Part shown: piece after piece, positions 1 through 13,286 of the stretch
How positions within the stretch are numbered: position 1 is the first letter of the stretch
Layout: each line of letters starts with the position of its first letter
NCBI GenBank assembly: GCA_038087875.1
Contig: CM075989.1
Span: forward strand, 16,742,001-16,806,000
Reading direction: 5' to 3'
Length of the DNA: 64,000 nucleotides
From: Malacoraja senta
Lineage: Eukaryota
The notes under the pieces: model-generated
Seen by the model: only the letters and a program-made list of their open reading frames with translations
The model's database searches: none
What the model was told of the DNA's origin: nothing
Made by a program: the position numbers and the translations under genes

Positions 1-1283
1 CAAGACAATGCGTTGTGGGATAGACTTGTCATGGGCTGCAGGCACACATTCATCCAGCAGGCGATTCTCAAGGAATCAGACGCCACATTGAAGAATGTGC
101 TACAGTGTGCTAAGATGGCCGAGCTGCTAACTAAAGAACTGCACAAAATGGCCGGCGAAACAGCGTCGAAGCTCCCTCAGGAGGTGCATACAGTTTGTCA
201 AACTCGTCCGCAACACTAGAAACCAGTTGATCGACCCAGAGCAAATCCGGAGAAGGTGGGACAGTTTCAGAAGAGCCGTCCCCCTGTGGGGAGAGGATCG
301 AAACCCTGCTACCGGTGCGGCTCGAATGCTCATCATCACCGTGAGTGCCCATATATCAAGTCCGTTTGTTATGCCTGTTACCGAAAAGGTAATCTCCAGG
401 TAATGTGTCAATCCGTAAGAAAGCTGAGAAAGGGCAAGAAAGCGCAAAACACAGTCGACCAAATCGCGGAGACCATTTCTATTGAAGTGCTCGGTGTGTC
501 TACGATCACCGACAAGATGAGGATTTCGCTGCAGGTCTCGAACGTCGATCTACAGTTCCAGGTGGACACTGGTGCGGCTGTGTCGCTAGTTCAGGACATC
601 TGGGAGAGGATCGGATTGCCGAAACTGAAACTGGCCAACATCCACCTTTTTGGATACGGACGACAGCCCATTCCCACGAAAGGCAAATGCACTGTTGCCG
701 TTATCTGTAATGGTTTGACACAGATGTTGCCGCTGATCGTCGTTGGTAAAGAAGGTACATCCCTGTGCGCCATCGACTGGATCCATGCTTTCAAGCTTGA
801 CATGAACGCCTTGATCTACAATGGATCAACAATGGCATTGTCATCTACCACGGATTGCAACATGGTCAGCAAGTGCGTGAACAACCTGCGAATGGCACTG
901 GTCCAAAGAGTGTGACCATGCATTCACCAGATTGAAGGAGATGCTCGCCAAGAAGACGCGTTTGGTCCACTATGACCCATCGAAGCCGATCTCGCTGGCC
1001 GCCAATGAATCACCTTATGGTCTTGGAGCTGTAATCTCACAAACGGCGCCGAACAGCAAGGAAGAGCATCCATAACGCTGACGACCGGTAAGAAAAAGTA
1101 CGGCCAAGTGGAGAAAGAACAGCAAGAACAGATAAAGCAAATACTGATATCTCTTCAAACGAGAACACTGAGGAAAACTCTTTTGATTCTGAGCCTTTAG
1201 CAAGAGTTATGAAATGCAAAAAAGGCTGGAAAAAAAGAGTGAAGCAAGGTCCACTTGGAGACGTTCAAACTGGAAAGAGGGAA
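1..1283 (+). mobile_element. Ty3/gypsy LTR retrotransposon internal region, internally deleted and degenerate (gag Zn knuckle, aspartic protease, start of RNase H); left-truncated by window
   Basis: CYRCGSNAHHHREC CCHC knuckle and FQVDTGAAVS protease motif in ORF 256-915. A frameshifted segment ~888-1070 reads EWHWSKECDHAFTRLKEML..LVHYDPSKPISLAANESPYGLGAVISQ (RT-connection/RNase H start). Polypurine tract GGAAAGAGGGAA at 1272-1283. Confidence 0.9.
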
Positions 1284-1516
1284 TGTGATGTTTGGTGGAC
1301 TGTGCGGAGTGGGAGGACCCATTACTCCTCCCGTGCAGCAGGTGGCGCTGCACAGGACAAAGGGAGATGTTTTATATATAGTTTATCCTGTCTGTAGACA
1401 GGGTATGTGCAGCCATTTTTTGAGTAGTCTTGCTGCCAGCATTGAGTAAAGCATTAAAGACTTCTGTTGTAAATTGAAGATTCTCAAGTTTTGTGCAGAC
1501 CTAGAAAATGAACACA
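1284..1516 (+). repeat. Putative 3' LTR of the gypsy element
   Basis: Starts TGTG immediately after the PPT, contains ATTAAA (~1453) and ends ..AACACA (TG...CA). The 5' LTR is outside the window, so the right end is inferred. Confidence 0.6.
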
Positions 1517-1772
1517 AAAGAAACTCATGGTCCACCGGGCACACAATGATCACTGCCCTTCTGTACATTTCTGATACTTAAAGCACCTGCAGCCGGCACC
1601 ACAAGGCATAGCAGAGATGCCACCAGACTGAGAAACGTCACCTGTCCATTCCCTCCACAGATGCTGCATGGTAGAGATGGGTACAATTACATTAGTGCAA
1701 TGCAGCTCTAAAGCTACATGTAGAACAGCCCAGCTGACGAATGTAGATGCAGGTGAGAGGAGAGGCACTAAC

Positions 1773-1863
1773 CAGTTGGGCATGAGGGCATTGTCCTTTC
1801 CTCGAAACATGACTCCAACATTTGTAGCGTGCTGACGGGATGAATAGAAGTCCGTGTAATCTC
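1773..1863 (-). CDS. FAH: Fumarylacetoacetase exon 5 (91 nt)
   Basis: (G)[29 protein letters not shown](W); AG/GT boundaries; phase compatible with exon 4. Confidence 0.97.
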
Positions 1864-1994
1864 CTAAAAATCAGACAATACAATTAAACACGGAATGGCT
1901 CATGCTAATCAAACTCTCAGTCATTTCTACTCTCATAGAATATTTGATGACAAAGGTGGCAGCGAGAGGATGCCTCATCAATCTATCTGTCATT

Positions 1995-2262
1995 AGAAAT
2001 ACAGTGTGAAAACAGGCTTTTCGGTCCATCAAGTCCACATTGACCAGTGATCACCCGTACACTAGTTCCATCCAACACACTAGGGACAATTTATTGAAGC
2101 CAATCAACCAACAAACCGGCATGTCTTTGGAATGTGGAAGGAAACCGGAACACCCGGTGAAAACCCGTGCGGTCACAGGGAGAATGTTCTCCATACAGAC
2201 AGCACCTGTGGTCAGGATCGAACCCGGGTCTCTAGCGTTGTAAGGCTGCAGCTCTATTGCAA
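1995..2262 (-). mobile_element. tRNA-derived V-SINE (HE1-like)
   Basis: On the minus strand: B-box-like GGTTCGATCC, central TCCGGTTTCCTTCCACATTCCAAAGAC (V-domain-like) and a CR1-type tail; several homologous copies in the window. Confidence 0.8.
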
Positions 2263-2679
2263 TGTTGACTCTGTATCTCATTCCACAGATGATGGATGAC
2301 CTGCTGAGTGTTTCCAATGTTTTATATTTTATTGTAGTTGGCTCTTGTGCAAATTGGAAAAAAATTCATTTCCCCTCCCCAGTTTTTAGGATTAATGATT
2401 TTAAATCCAACGTGAAGTTATGGACAATTTTAAATTGTGTTGGATGTGGCGAGGCCGTACCCCTGTGGCCTTGTGTGGCCACTCCCAGATGCCCAGGAGT
2501 GGGTGTGAAAGCCAACAATGCCAGGTGGAGAGGCCGCCACAGCCGTACAGAGTGAGAGGAAGGTGAAGGAGCTCTGTCGCTGGAGCCAGGAGGTTGATCC
2601 ACGCACGAGTCTACTCTGGTTATCACTCTCCTCGCAGCCTTAATCCTTAAGATTGCATTGAATTGGCATGGCCCGTAAG

Positions 2680-2905
2680 ACCATAAGACATAGGCACATA
2701 ATTAGGCCATTTGGCCCATTCGATCCTGGCTGATCTATTTTTCCCTCTCAACCCCATTCTCCTGCCTTCTCCTGCCTTCTCCCCATAACCTTTGATGCCC
2801 TTACTAATCAAGAATCTGTCAATCTCCACTTTAAAAATACCCAATGACTTTGCCTCCATAGCCGTTTGTGGCAATGAATTCCACAGATTCACCACCCTTT
2901 GGCTA
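2680..2905 (-). mobile_element. CR1-clade (HER1-like) LINE 3' fragment
   Basis: VVNLWNSLPQTAMEAKSLGIFKVEIDRFL..KGIKGYGEKAG, the CR1 ORF2 C-terminus. Confidence 0.85.
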
Positions 2906-3089
2906 AATGTGGAAACATCCTCTCCACATCTACTCTATCCATGTCTTTCATTATTCTGTAAGTTTTTATTATATTCCCCCTCTGGTGTGTACTCTGGTTC
3001 TAGATTCTCCAATTACTGGAAACATCCTCTTCACGTCCAATCTATGCCTTTCATTATCCGGAAGGTTTCAATGACATACCCACACCTAC

Positions 3090-3139
3090 CAATCTCAGCT
3101 GGGAGGTGCATGATGGCCGAATCCTGGGAGACAAATGCC
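3090..3139 (-). CDS. FAH: Fumarylacetoacetase exon 4 (50 nt)
   Basis: AFVSQDSAIMHLPAEI(G); ctgcag acceptor, gtaggt donor. Confidence 0.95.
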
Positions 3140-4123
3140 CTGCAGACAACAGAGAGATTTTAGTGACACACACACCTGCACCTGTCAACATACAAAACCT
3201 TGTCCAATTGTCCTGCTTCACAGTCAAGTTCATACGTAAACCAGGTGGCTTGGTGTTCAGAGCTGTCACTGCCCTATGGTCTCAGTGTTTTACCAAGGCC
3301 CAGTCTCAACATTGTCAAAGGGCCATTGTGGTCAGGGGTGTGAGTCCCCTCAGATAGCAGGATTCAGTCTGAACTTCACATGGTCTCTGGTTCCACCAAG
3401 GTGCCGGCAGGAATATCTGCAAGAAGAATCCCTAACCAAAACTACCTCTGTCCATTTCCTTCCACAGGTGCTGCCTGACCTTCTGAGTTTCTTTTTTTTT
3501 GTTCGGGATTACAGCATCTGCAGTCTCTTGAGCTCACTAGACACCAGTGGATGGCAGGCCAGGGTCCAGAATGTATCCAGAGGGGTGTCTCAGCTCATCT
3601 GGCCACAGAGCCAACGCTCTGGGATCTAACCTTCAAATGAAGCACTTGACTGGAGAGGCTATGGTCATTGCTCTGATTCAGTGCAAGCTGTGAGTTTGGC
3701 TTTAATCCCAAAGTACTCCAATTACAATGCAGAGGGAGAAGGAATGAAGAGTTACAGGTCTGAGTGGGCTGAAGGGCCTATTTCTGTGCTGTATCTCTCT
3801 TTGACTGTGATCTTCAGATACTCAGACCAAAGATTAGAGTTGATTCCCAAACCCTGCCACCTTTCTCCCTCTCTCTGCACACTATTTGGAACTTCTTCCA
3901 AACCTGTCTCAATAAATGGGTTCATATTCATCTTTCCTAATGCTTCTTGACAAGTCCCTGTTCTAAATTAATGTTGCTCATACTCTTGTATCTATGGCTC
4001 ATTTCACTAATTTCACCAGTGTTAGTGAGAGGGAATAACAATCATGCTAGGATTGACGCTAGGATTTCTACTTTCTTCGAGGTTTTACAGGGTTCACAAA
4101 ATTTAAACTGGCCCAGGACTTAC

Positions 4124-4245
4124 CCCTTCCTCAGGTCCTTGTTATCCCGCAGAGTTGGTTCATTGGCTGACAGGAGTCGCTGGAGATCGGCCCGGGCCTC
4201 CTTCCAGGCATCCCTGCCCAGGGACATGAAGGAGTTCAGGGTCGG
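4124..4245 (-). CDS. FAH: Fumarylacetoacetase exon 3 (122 nt)
   Basis: [48 protein letters not shown] boundaries. Confidence 0.97.
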
Positions 4246-5732
4246 CTGGGAAACAAACCCAAACATGTGAATACCAGAATTCATGCCACAGCACAAGGAC
4301 AATGGGCCGAGTGGCCTCCTCCTCTGTTGGACTATTTTGTGATTCTCAGGCACCGGGGTTGGATTTACTCACCTTGGACAATTGGGCTTGGACTTATTTG
4401 GAATGGATTTATTTATTTATGCGGGGGGGATCCTGTTTCTCAGATTTGACGGAATTGTTTGTGGATGAGACACAGATGATTGATGAGGGTAGGATAGTGG
4501 GTGCTGTCTGATATGGACTTCAATAAAACATTCAACAAGGTCCCTCATGGTAGGTTGATCATTTTGAATCCATGGTGACTTGGTAGACATGATACAAAAT
4601 TGGCTTGTCCACATATGATAGTGGTGGAGGGGTGTTATTCTGATTGGAGATCTGTGATCGGTGGTGATATGCAGGGATCAGTGCTGGGACCTCTACTACC
4701 AAAAAAGACTGGGCAGTAACTAGGAGCATGAGGTCCCAATCAACATGTCCACCACAGTCCACCATAGCTGGATCCAAGTGCCAAACTCCCTCTGCAGTAG
4801 TACATTGGGAGTACATTCACCTGCAGGGCTGCAGGCAGCTCAACACCACCTTCTCAACTTTGGCTATGAAGGATGGTAGTATATACTGACCTTGCAAGTG
4901 ATGCAAACATACTAAGAAAAACTCTTGTTCTTGCCACTGCTGGATAACAAGACCAAAATCAACATTGGAGATCTCCAGTCATGTGTAAGAAAGAACTGCA
5001 GATGCTGGTTTAAATCGAAGGTAGACACAAAATGCTGGAGTAACTCTGCAGGTGAGGCAGCATCTTTGGAGAGAAGGAATGGGCGACTTTTCGGGTCGAG
5101 ACCCTTCTTCAGATCTCCAGTCATGTTGGATTGGAGTGCCCTCTGCTGGGATATGTCAGGATAGTTTTAGCAAATTTGGAGAGTGAAATAAATATTTCAA
5201 TAGTGCCGGCTAAATTATTTAATGGTTGAAGAAATCTTAGAAAAAATTATCTTATTTAGAAGTCTGAACAAGGCAGATCAGAAGTTTGCCCTTTATTCTC
5301 TCTCACTCCTTCTTCTCTACAATTTAAAATGTGTTGATCTTCAACCCTGTTCTGAATGTCATTGACCTGAAGTATTAACTGTTTCTCACCCCAACACCCA
5401 CCTCATCGGCTGAGTTACTCAAACTCTTTGTGCTTTGCTCAATAATCTAGTATTGGTAGTTCTTTGTGTTTCATATATCATAGGGTAAGACTTTGGCAAA
5501 TGGGAGGAATCTGGAGCACCGCAAGGGACCCGAGCAGTTACAGGCAGAACATACAATCTTCACCAATGGTCAGGATTGAAGGAGCTCGCTGGAGCCTTGA
5601 GGCAACATATCTACCAGCACGTTGTGAGGCAGTGGTACCGCTTCTTCAACATAAAGAAAATGAGGCTTTTAACTCACTCCAAGGAGCCGTAAATTATTTC
5701 ACACTGTGTTCCACGTTACATGCGGCTGTTAC

Positions 5733-5843
5733 CTGAGTGAATACATGCTGGTTTGTGGAGAGAACGGGGCCAGTAAAGAGATGCTTTACCACGCTGAGGT
5801 CCAATATCTGGTCTCCGATGGCAACACCAATTCTGTGGTTAGG
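5733..5843 (-). CDS. FAH: Fumarylacetoacetase exon 2 (111 nt)
   Basis: [37 protein letters not shown]; polypyrimidine tract, AG/GT boundaries. Confidence 0.97.
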
Positions 5844-6284
5844 CTGGAAAACAAATAAGAAAGCAAAGAATAAGGAAAGACGAATGTTGGTCAATATGCA
5901 AAGAGAGAAATGGAAGGAAGATGGGATTAAAGCAAATAACTCCAGCTCACCTGCAGGTCTGGGACAGGCACGTTAAGCCAACAGACTCTCCCCACACTGA
6001 TTTCTACCCCTCTCCAACATTATATATGTGTTTACCGTGAACATTTCACATATCTGTAGATGGGGCCCTCCACCACTCACCCATCCACTGTCCTGTCCAT
6101 ATGACTCAGTCCAAACCAAGTTACCTGGTAACGCACACTGTGAGTGCAGCCTACTGTAACATGGAAAGAGCAGAGGTCATCAACATAATCCAGTAAGAAG
6201 GATAGGTGTGGGTTTTCAGAGGGACCTGGGTGTCCTTGTGTAGTGTGGTGCATGTCTGGAATGGGCTGCCCAAACAGGCTGGAA

Positions 6285-7455
6285 ATCTATTATAAACCCA
6301 CAGCTACCTAGAATACACGCCTTCCCACCCTGCTTCCTGTAAAGACTCTATCCCCTACTCACAATTCCTCCATCTAAGTCGCATCTGTGCCCAGGATGAG
6401 GTGTTCTATACCAGGACATTAGGGAACGGGGTTTCCCCTCTTCCATCATAGATGAGGTCCTCATTAAGGTCTCATCAATATCCCTCAGCTCCACTCTTGC
6501 TCCCCCTCCCCCCCCCCCCTCCCCAGTCGTAACAGGGACAGAGTCCCCTTTGTCCTCACCTTCCACCCCATCAGCCATCGCATACAGCACATAATCCTCC
6601 AACATTTTGGCCACCTTCAACAGTATCCCACCACTAGCCACATCTTCCATCTCCACCCATTTCCGCTTTCCATAGAGACCGTTACCTCCGCAACTCCCTG
6701 GTCAACTCGTCCCTTCCCACCCAAACCACCCCTTCCCCAGGTACTTTCCCCTGCAACTGCAGGAGATGCAACACCTGTCCCTATACCTCCATCCAAAGAC
6801 CCTGACAGTCTTTTCAGGTGAGGCAGAGGTTCATTTGCATCTCCTCCAACCTCATCTACTGTATCCGCTGTTCCAGATGTGGACTCCTATATATTGGCAA
6901 GACCAAGCGCAGGCTCGACGATCATTTCGCTGAACACCTCCGCTCAGTCCGCCTAAACTGACCTAATCTCTCAGTTGCAAAACACTTTAACTCCCCCTCC
7001 CATTCCCACACTGATCTTTCTGTCCTGGGCCTCCTCCATTGTCAGAGTGAGGCCCAGTGCAAATTGGAGAAACAGCATCTCATATTTCACTTGGGCAGCT
7101 TACACCCCAGCAGTATGAACTTTGACTTCTCTAACTTCAAGTAACCCTTGCTTTCCCTCTCTCTCCATCCCTCCCGTTCCCAGTTCTCTGACCAGTCTTA
7201 CTGTCTCCAACTACATTTATCTCTGTTTGCTTTGTCGTTCCAATGATATATTCTACCTTTTCCCTTGATCTCCATTCCCTTTGTCCTCTTCCTTATCTAT
7301 GTATCTCCCTCTCCCCTGACATCAGTCTGAAGAAGGGTCTCGACCCGAAACTTCACTAATTCCTTCTCTCCAGAGATGCTGCCTGTCCCGCTGAGTTACT
7401 CCAGCATTTTGTGTTTGTCCGTTTAAACCAGCATCTGCAGTCCCTTCCTACACAA
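6285..7455 (+). mobile_element. Penelope-like element 3' part (RT thumb/linker, GIY-YIG endonuclease, 3' terminal repeat with hammerhead-like motif), degenerate
   Basis: CNCRRCNTCPY linker; SSNLIYCIRCSRCGLLYIGKTKRRLDDHFAEHL..VAKHFNSPSHSHTDLSVLGL..KLEKQHLIFHLGSLHPSSMNFDF, ending ~7143; followed by CTGAAGAAGGGTCTCGACCCGAAAC at 7327. Confidence 0.88.
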
Positions 7456-8171
7456 ATAAGTGGTTGAGGCAGATACAATAACAACATTTAACAAAGCATT
7501 TGGGCATGCACATGGATATGGAAGGTTTAGAAGGATGTGGGTCAAATGTGGACAAATGGGCCTAACTTAGATGGCCATTTTGATTTGCATGGACAAGTTG
7601 TACGAAGGACGTGTTTCCATGCTGTATGACTGTGCATGAATCAATGCAGGTTAAGAAAGAAGTGAAATGAAATAAAGCTCTTTTCCTTCAAAAAACAATA
7701 TAATTCAGAGAATGAAAAAAAACATGTTTTTATATCTTGGAAGTTAAAGTACTTCACCATCTGTTGCCTGGAAACAAAATCCCAAAGAAAATAATATATT
7801 TTCCCATATCTTAATAATTGGGAATCGACCCGAGGTGTTGATCAAGGTGAGTCAATGCCTGTGTAGCTGCTTAGTGGGAGTCAGCAGGATGCTCTATTCC
7901 AACTGGTTATCCCTGACATTACATCGCCCTTCATCTGTTCCTTTGACTCACCCCATGCTGCTGCCAAGCCTGTTACGGACGTTATATTATTTGGCTGGCG
8001 ATTCTGCTTGAGATTGAACACTGGGGAAAGGCATCCAGCAAGGTCCCCTCCACCCAATGTGCCTGACATTTCCCTCCTTTTCCTCCAGCAGCAACTCCAG
8101 TGAAATCGAGAGGATGCAAAATATCACTATCTGAGTTCAGCTCCCGGAGTATCCACGAGCAGCATTAGGGA

Positions 8172-8300
8172 CTTCTTGTGTATGGCCTGCACAGCCTAAA
8201 GTTGCAGGACAACATGTTCTATTTGATCTTATTTGATTGTGCACGCCAGGTTGATTGCATTCGTTGATTGCACCACGTGAAGTTTGCAATCTCCCACCCC
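8172..8300 (-). mobile_element. Short retroposon, copy 2 of the ribozyme-headed family (ribozyme disrupted), 11-bp TSD
   Basis: Reverse complement of 13287-13422; TSD AGCATTAGGGA at 8161-8171 and 8301-8311. Confidence 0.9.
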
Positions 8301-10491
8301 AGCATTAGGGAGAGATTTATTATATAACCAAATATAAATATTTTTTAGGGTTAGATACAGAATCAGTAGCTCTTTCAACTCACAGGCTGAATAGTTTAAC
8401 AGTTATATTCTCTGCCTGTTAGATCTATCAGAGATATAAATCAGTTACATATTATCTGCAGTTTACCTTATTTCAAATATTTTTTTTCAGGTCATGTTGA
8501 CTGTTTGAACAATGATTGATGATGATTTGTAACCCACAGAACGTTTACTGATAAATGCCTCAGATAGTCCAGCAGATACAACTTGCACTGTTACCTTCAT
8601 AATACTCTTTGACAAAGTGAAATATACAGAGCAAATGCATCCACTGATCCACACAGTGAGATCACAATACTCTCTCATCACATTACTAAATGTCCTGCTG
8701 ACATGTTTCTGGTTGTGCTGCTTATCTGCGGGCACTTTGAGCAATCCATGTCCTGAAGCATTCTTTGCTTCCCTCACTTGGCCTGACTGTTTTTTCCCTG
8801 AGAGCAGAGGCCCAACCAGTTTCTGCTCACCGAACGCTCTTCTCACCCAACACACTCCTCACGCATCAGCCTCCTGCATCCACCACCCTTCTCCACCTGG
8901 TTGAACGTTCTCACTTTGAACAACTTCCCTTTAACTCCTCTCACTTGCTCCGTCAAAGTTACTGCAACGGGAAGCCACGTAGGTCCCAGTTAAGTGTATG
9001 TCCTGCTGGAATAGAAAATGACGTTTCGGATCAAGACCCTTCTTCGGGTCCTCTTTCGGGAAGGTCTCAACCTGAAAAGTCACCTATTCATGTTCTTCTG
9101 AGATGCTGCCTGACCTGCTGAGTTACTCCAGCACTTTGTGTCCTTTTGTGTACTAACCAGCAGCTGCAGTTCTATGTTCCTACAAGTATTTTCAACATCT
9201 TCTGTCTTATTGTATCAAATTCATTCCACACTTTTGCAGAAATAATTACCGCAGAAGCCCAGGAAGGAATGAATAGGTTATGTTTTGGGTCAGGTCGAAG
9301 AAGGGGCCCATCCTAATTAGGTCATCGGTCCATTCCTTCCACTGCCCGACCGGCTGAGTTCCTCCGCACTCTTTGTTTTGCTCAATATTCCAGCATCTGC
9401 AGCATCTTTGTGTCACATGAAGGGAAGCAAATTATCATTGATCTCCTTGGTGTACCTGGGTCGGTTCCCTCTGTTTTTAAGGCAGAGATAGCCATATTCT
9501 TGATTAGAACGGGTGTCAAGGGTTATGGGGAGAAGGCAGGAAAATGGGATTAGGAGGCAATGATTGTCTGGCGGAGTAGACTCGATGGGCCTAATGGCCT
9601 AATTCTACTCCTATAACTTGTGAACTTTCCCACTACAGAGCAGCAACTTTTTGCTGCCAGACCGGCTGCAATTTTCCAGCACTTTCTGGGTTTATTAAAG
9701 TAACCAGACGGGGTGAATTATTCAACTTTGCCAGGATGTGAAAAGAAAGCGTAAGTCTGCACTTTGACCTTCTATATCTTTGTCAGGGCCTTGGATCTCC
9801 AAAGAAAAACAAAGCAAACTGGTTAGCTCTGTACCTTTTCATACCTCCAATTTCCCTCTCCCCTGACTCTCAGTCTGAAGATGGGTCTCGACCCGAAACG
9901 TCACCTATTCCTTCTCTTCAGAGATGCTGCCTGACAGGCTGAGTTACTCCAGCATGTTGGCTCTATCTGATAGTGAACCCTTTCACATTTGTTAATGTTG
10001 AAAGTGACATTGTATAAAGGTTGCCGGGATCCGGCCCACCCCGGGCAATTTCTCCACTACAATCTCACCATCTGTAGGGATTTCAGGGGAAAGGTTGGTT
10101 GGAATGAAACGGTGGCTCGGATTCTCCCTCCGCCGCCGCCTGCCTGCTTTGTTACAGTAGCAGCTGTAACAGTCCAGATGTGCGAGGATCAGCTGCCGGG
10201 CGAACTCTGCGCCAGATGTGGACCAAGTGTAGCCCAACCACCTGTTCCTGTAGACGCAAAATGCTGGAGTAACTCAGCGGGACAGGCAGCATCTCTGGTG
10301 AGAAGGAATGGATGAATGGGTGAGTCTGAAGAAGGGTCTCGACCAGAAACGCCACCCCTTCCTTCTCTCCAGAGATGCTGCCTGTCCCGCTGAGTTACTC
10401 CATCGTTTTGTGCCTACATTCGCTATAAACCAGCATCTGCAGTCCCTTCCTACACACCTGTTCCTCTGTGGGATGTATTAGACTGACTTAC

Positions 10492-10572
10492 GTCGGAGGC
10501 GGTGGAGAATACTCCGAAGGGGAGGTTGTGGATGGGGAAGTCCGAGCTCTCTGCAACCCTCAGGAACGACAT
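10492..10572 (-). CDS. FAH: Fumarylacetoacetase exon 1 (81 coding nt)
   Basis: GCGCC-ATG Kozak; [27 protein letters not shown] then GTAAGT donor; matches the recalled FAH N-terminus [24 protein letters not shown]. Confidence 0.97.
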
Positions 10573-10745
10573 GGCGCGGTTGTGGCAGCGGCAGCGGTAG
10601 CCGCTCCCCCGTCAACATGTAACAGCCAAAGGCCAATGATAGCGCCGGGAGCCGCAACGCCCACCGCTCGCTTTCTCTCTCTAGGCCACGACTTCACTGA
10701 CCCGCCGCTATCTCCCCTCCACTCTGTGACTGTGAGACCGGTCAC
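10573..10745 (-). promoter_or_regulatory. FAH: FAH 5'UTR / CpG-rich proximal promoter
   Basis: Locally CpG-rich stretch directly upstream of the ATG, with a CCAAT motif at ~10633. Confidence 0.6.
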
Positions 10746-12249
10746 CTGTTGAAGGACTCCCTGCAATGGTTAAATGAGAGGATACAAGGTGGAAGATGAC
10801 TCACACATTGTCTGCTGAATGAAAGTTTAACATTGTCAACGTTTAAGAAACATTTGGACAGGTATATGGATAGGACAGGTTTAGAGGGACAAGGGCCAAA
10901 CGCAAGTAGGTGGGACGTGTAGATGGGACATCCTGGTCGGTGTGGGCAAGTTGAACCGAACGGCCTGTTTCCATACTCATGACTATGAGTATTTACATTG
11001 CATTTCACATTTCCAGCTTCTGCAAACTTTCCATCCCCACTCACTTCCTACTTTCAGTCTGAAGAAAGGTCCCGACCTGAAACATCATCCATCCGTTTTC
11101 TCCAGAGATGCTTCCCGAGCCGCTATGTTACTCCACCACTTTGTGTCACTCACCAACTGGCAGACCCAGTCTGGCAGCCGTGACCTTTATTTCAGGGGCG
11201 AAGACATGCATGGTCAGCACGGTGCTACCAAACCATCTTGGTAATAGACATTGGAGACCCTCACCTACAGTACAGTCCGTGCTTGTGAAACATTCAAGTG
11301 TTGTTCCACATGGAGAACTAATTCATCATCTGTAGGTAAACAGTTGGCGGTAGTTAGGAGCTTCTGAGCTGATGTCATGGGATCTGGGGCCAAGGCTGAT
11401 GAATCCCAAGGCTGCTCTCCCCCACCTGTGCACCACTGTGCCACTCCAGCCATTGGGACAGGATGCACCCAGGGATTGTGAGAAGTGTAATGTTGTCTGC
11501 AAGGATGACTATGTCAGGCTTGTCCCTCGTGTAACCAGCCTGACTCCTCTGCGACCTATCTATACCCAGGGCAATTAGTGCCCAATCAACCTACCAATAG
11601 TTCTTTGGGATGTGGGAGAAAACCAGTGGCCGGCTGCCGTAAAACTCCAAAGAAGAAGAAAAACCAGTGGAAATCCATGTGGCGTGAGAACTCCACACTG
11701 ACAGCACCTGACCGAATCTGGGCCGCTGTTTTGCAGACACAGTTTTGCAGACTCGCAGTACTATTAAGCTCCTAAGGAGGTAAACTTACTTTTTGGGAGA
11801 TACACCATGGATGAGGCATTTTCTTTCTCTTTTGTGTTTGTGTTTATAAATCAGTTTAGTGTCAGTCTAAACATCTAGTACATGAATGGACTGGCAAAAT
11901 AGGATAGAATTACCTGCGGAATTGGGAACCCAGCTATAGGATGCAGATACCTGGAAATCTCCAGCAGGTGGCAATATGCATGAAGAAAATGAGGCGTCGT
12001 TCCTCAATCCTACTTTTGACCTCATAGTCTCAGTACTGGAGGCCACAGAAAAGCAGGTCAGTGGCAGTGGGAAAATTAATTAAAGCGGCAGGCTGAACAA
12101 TGACTGAATTATTATTTAAATCACATTTCCATCAGTACCACACACATTAGAGGCAATATAAAACCCCTGTATGATGATTTACGAGACCAAATTATCATCA
12201 AAATTTCTTCTGGTAAAGTCCATATTGATTCTTTAAAAACCTTTAAAAA

Positions 12250-12953
12250 TACCTTATCTCATATGTTTGCAAACTGTATAAAAATTAAACAATTCTGGGT
12301 AAATATTTTCAGTATAATATCTAAAGTAACCAGCACAAAATTGGACCCAGATCCAAAATTAATAATACTTGGAATATTAGAATTAAATCAAACATTTAGA
12401 ATAACACAAAGAAACTTTATTGATTATAGTTTAATAACAGGAAAAAAATTAATTCTAAAATTTTGGAAAGGCCCTACGACCCCCACAATTAAAATGTGGA
12501 TTATAGAAATGACGGAGACCTTAAATGTGGAAAGAATCAGACTCTCCCTGTTGGATAAACAGGAATTATTCGTTGGAACATGGTCTCCTTTTATTGACTA
12601 CCTAAAGGGCCAGAACAGTTCAGCACAGGAACCTGACTAGCACCCGGGCTAAAGAATGGATGAAACGCTATATCTAGAAATGTACGAATATATCTCGAAT
12701 GAAGTTTTCTATTTCAATAAATTTTTCCATTCTTCTTTAACTATCTTTTTTTCATTTTTTTTTTTTTTTTTTTTCTTCTCTTTTTTCTCTTTCTTTACTT
12801 CACCTTTCTCTTTAGTTCTATTTAGCTTAAAAAAAAAGCAAAAGGTATTGGAGACATTGTAATAATATTTAACAATATTATCAATTTAATAATGTAAGAC
12901 TGTAATGATGTAACTAGGTTGTGTACGCATCTCCAATAAAAAAATATTTAAAA
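12250..12953 (+). mobile_element. 5'-truncated L1-clade LINE (ORF2 C-terminus, 3'UTR, polyA) with 15-bp TSD
   Basis: HMFANC..FW..IILG..KKLILKFWK..W..ERI..WSPFIDYL; T-rich 3'UTR, AATAAA and A tail; TSD AAAAACCTTTAAAAA at 12235-12249 and 12954-12968, at a TTT/AAAAA endonuclease-type site. Confidence 0.88.
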
Positions 12954-13286
12954 AAAAACCTTTAAAAAGATGTGGCCAGTGGGTGAATGGGACCAGTGAG
13001 GGGGTGAGAAGTCATGAAATGTGCGAGCATGAAATGCAGAGCAGGGAGATGTGGCCAGCCAGACCAGCGAACCTAGAGACAGGGAAAGCTTAGGTCACCT
13101 CACACGCTGAACGTTCAGGTCACCACTTTAATTCCTCTTCCCACTCCGACTCTGACCTATTGAGGGTTATTCAAGCATGCTTTGGACCTCGCTGTTACCT
13201 CATCTACTTTCACAACGAGATCTAAACAAGGTCTCAACCAGCCTTCTGGAATCAATATTGAATTCTACAACTTCAGGTAAGTTGAT

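Noticed and set aside
2450..2640. GC-richer segment, considered as a possible FAH exon
   Set aside because: No match to FAH; exons 4 and 5 already join in frame. Origin unresolved.
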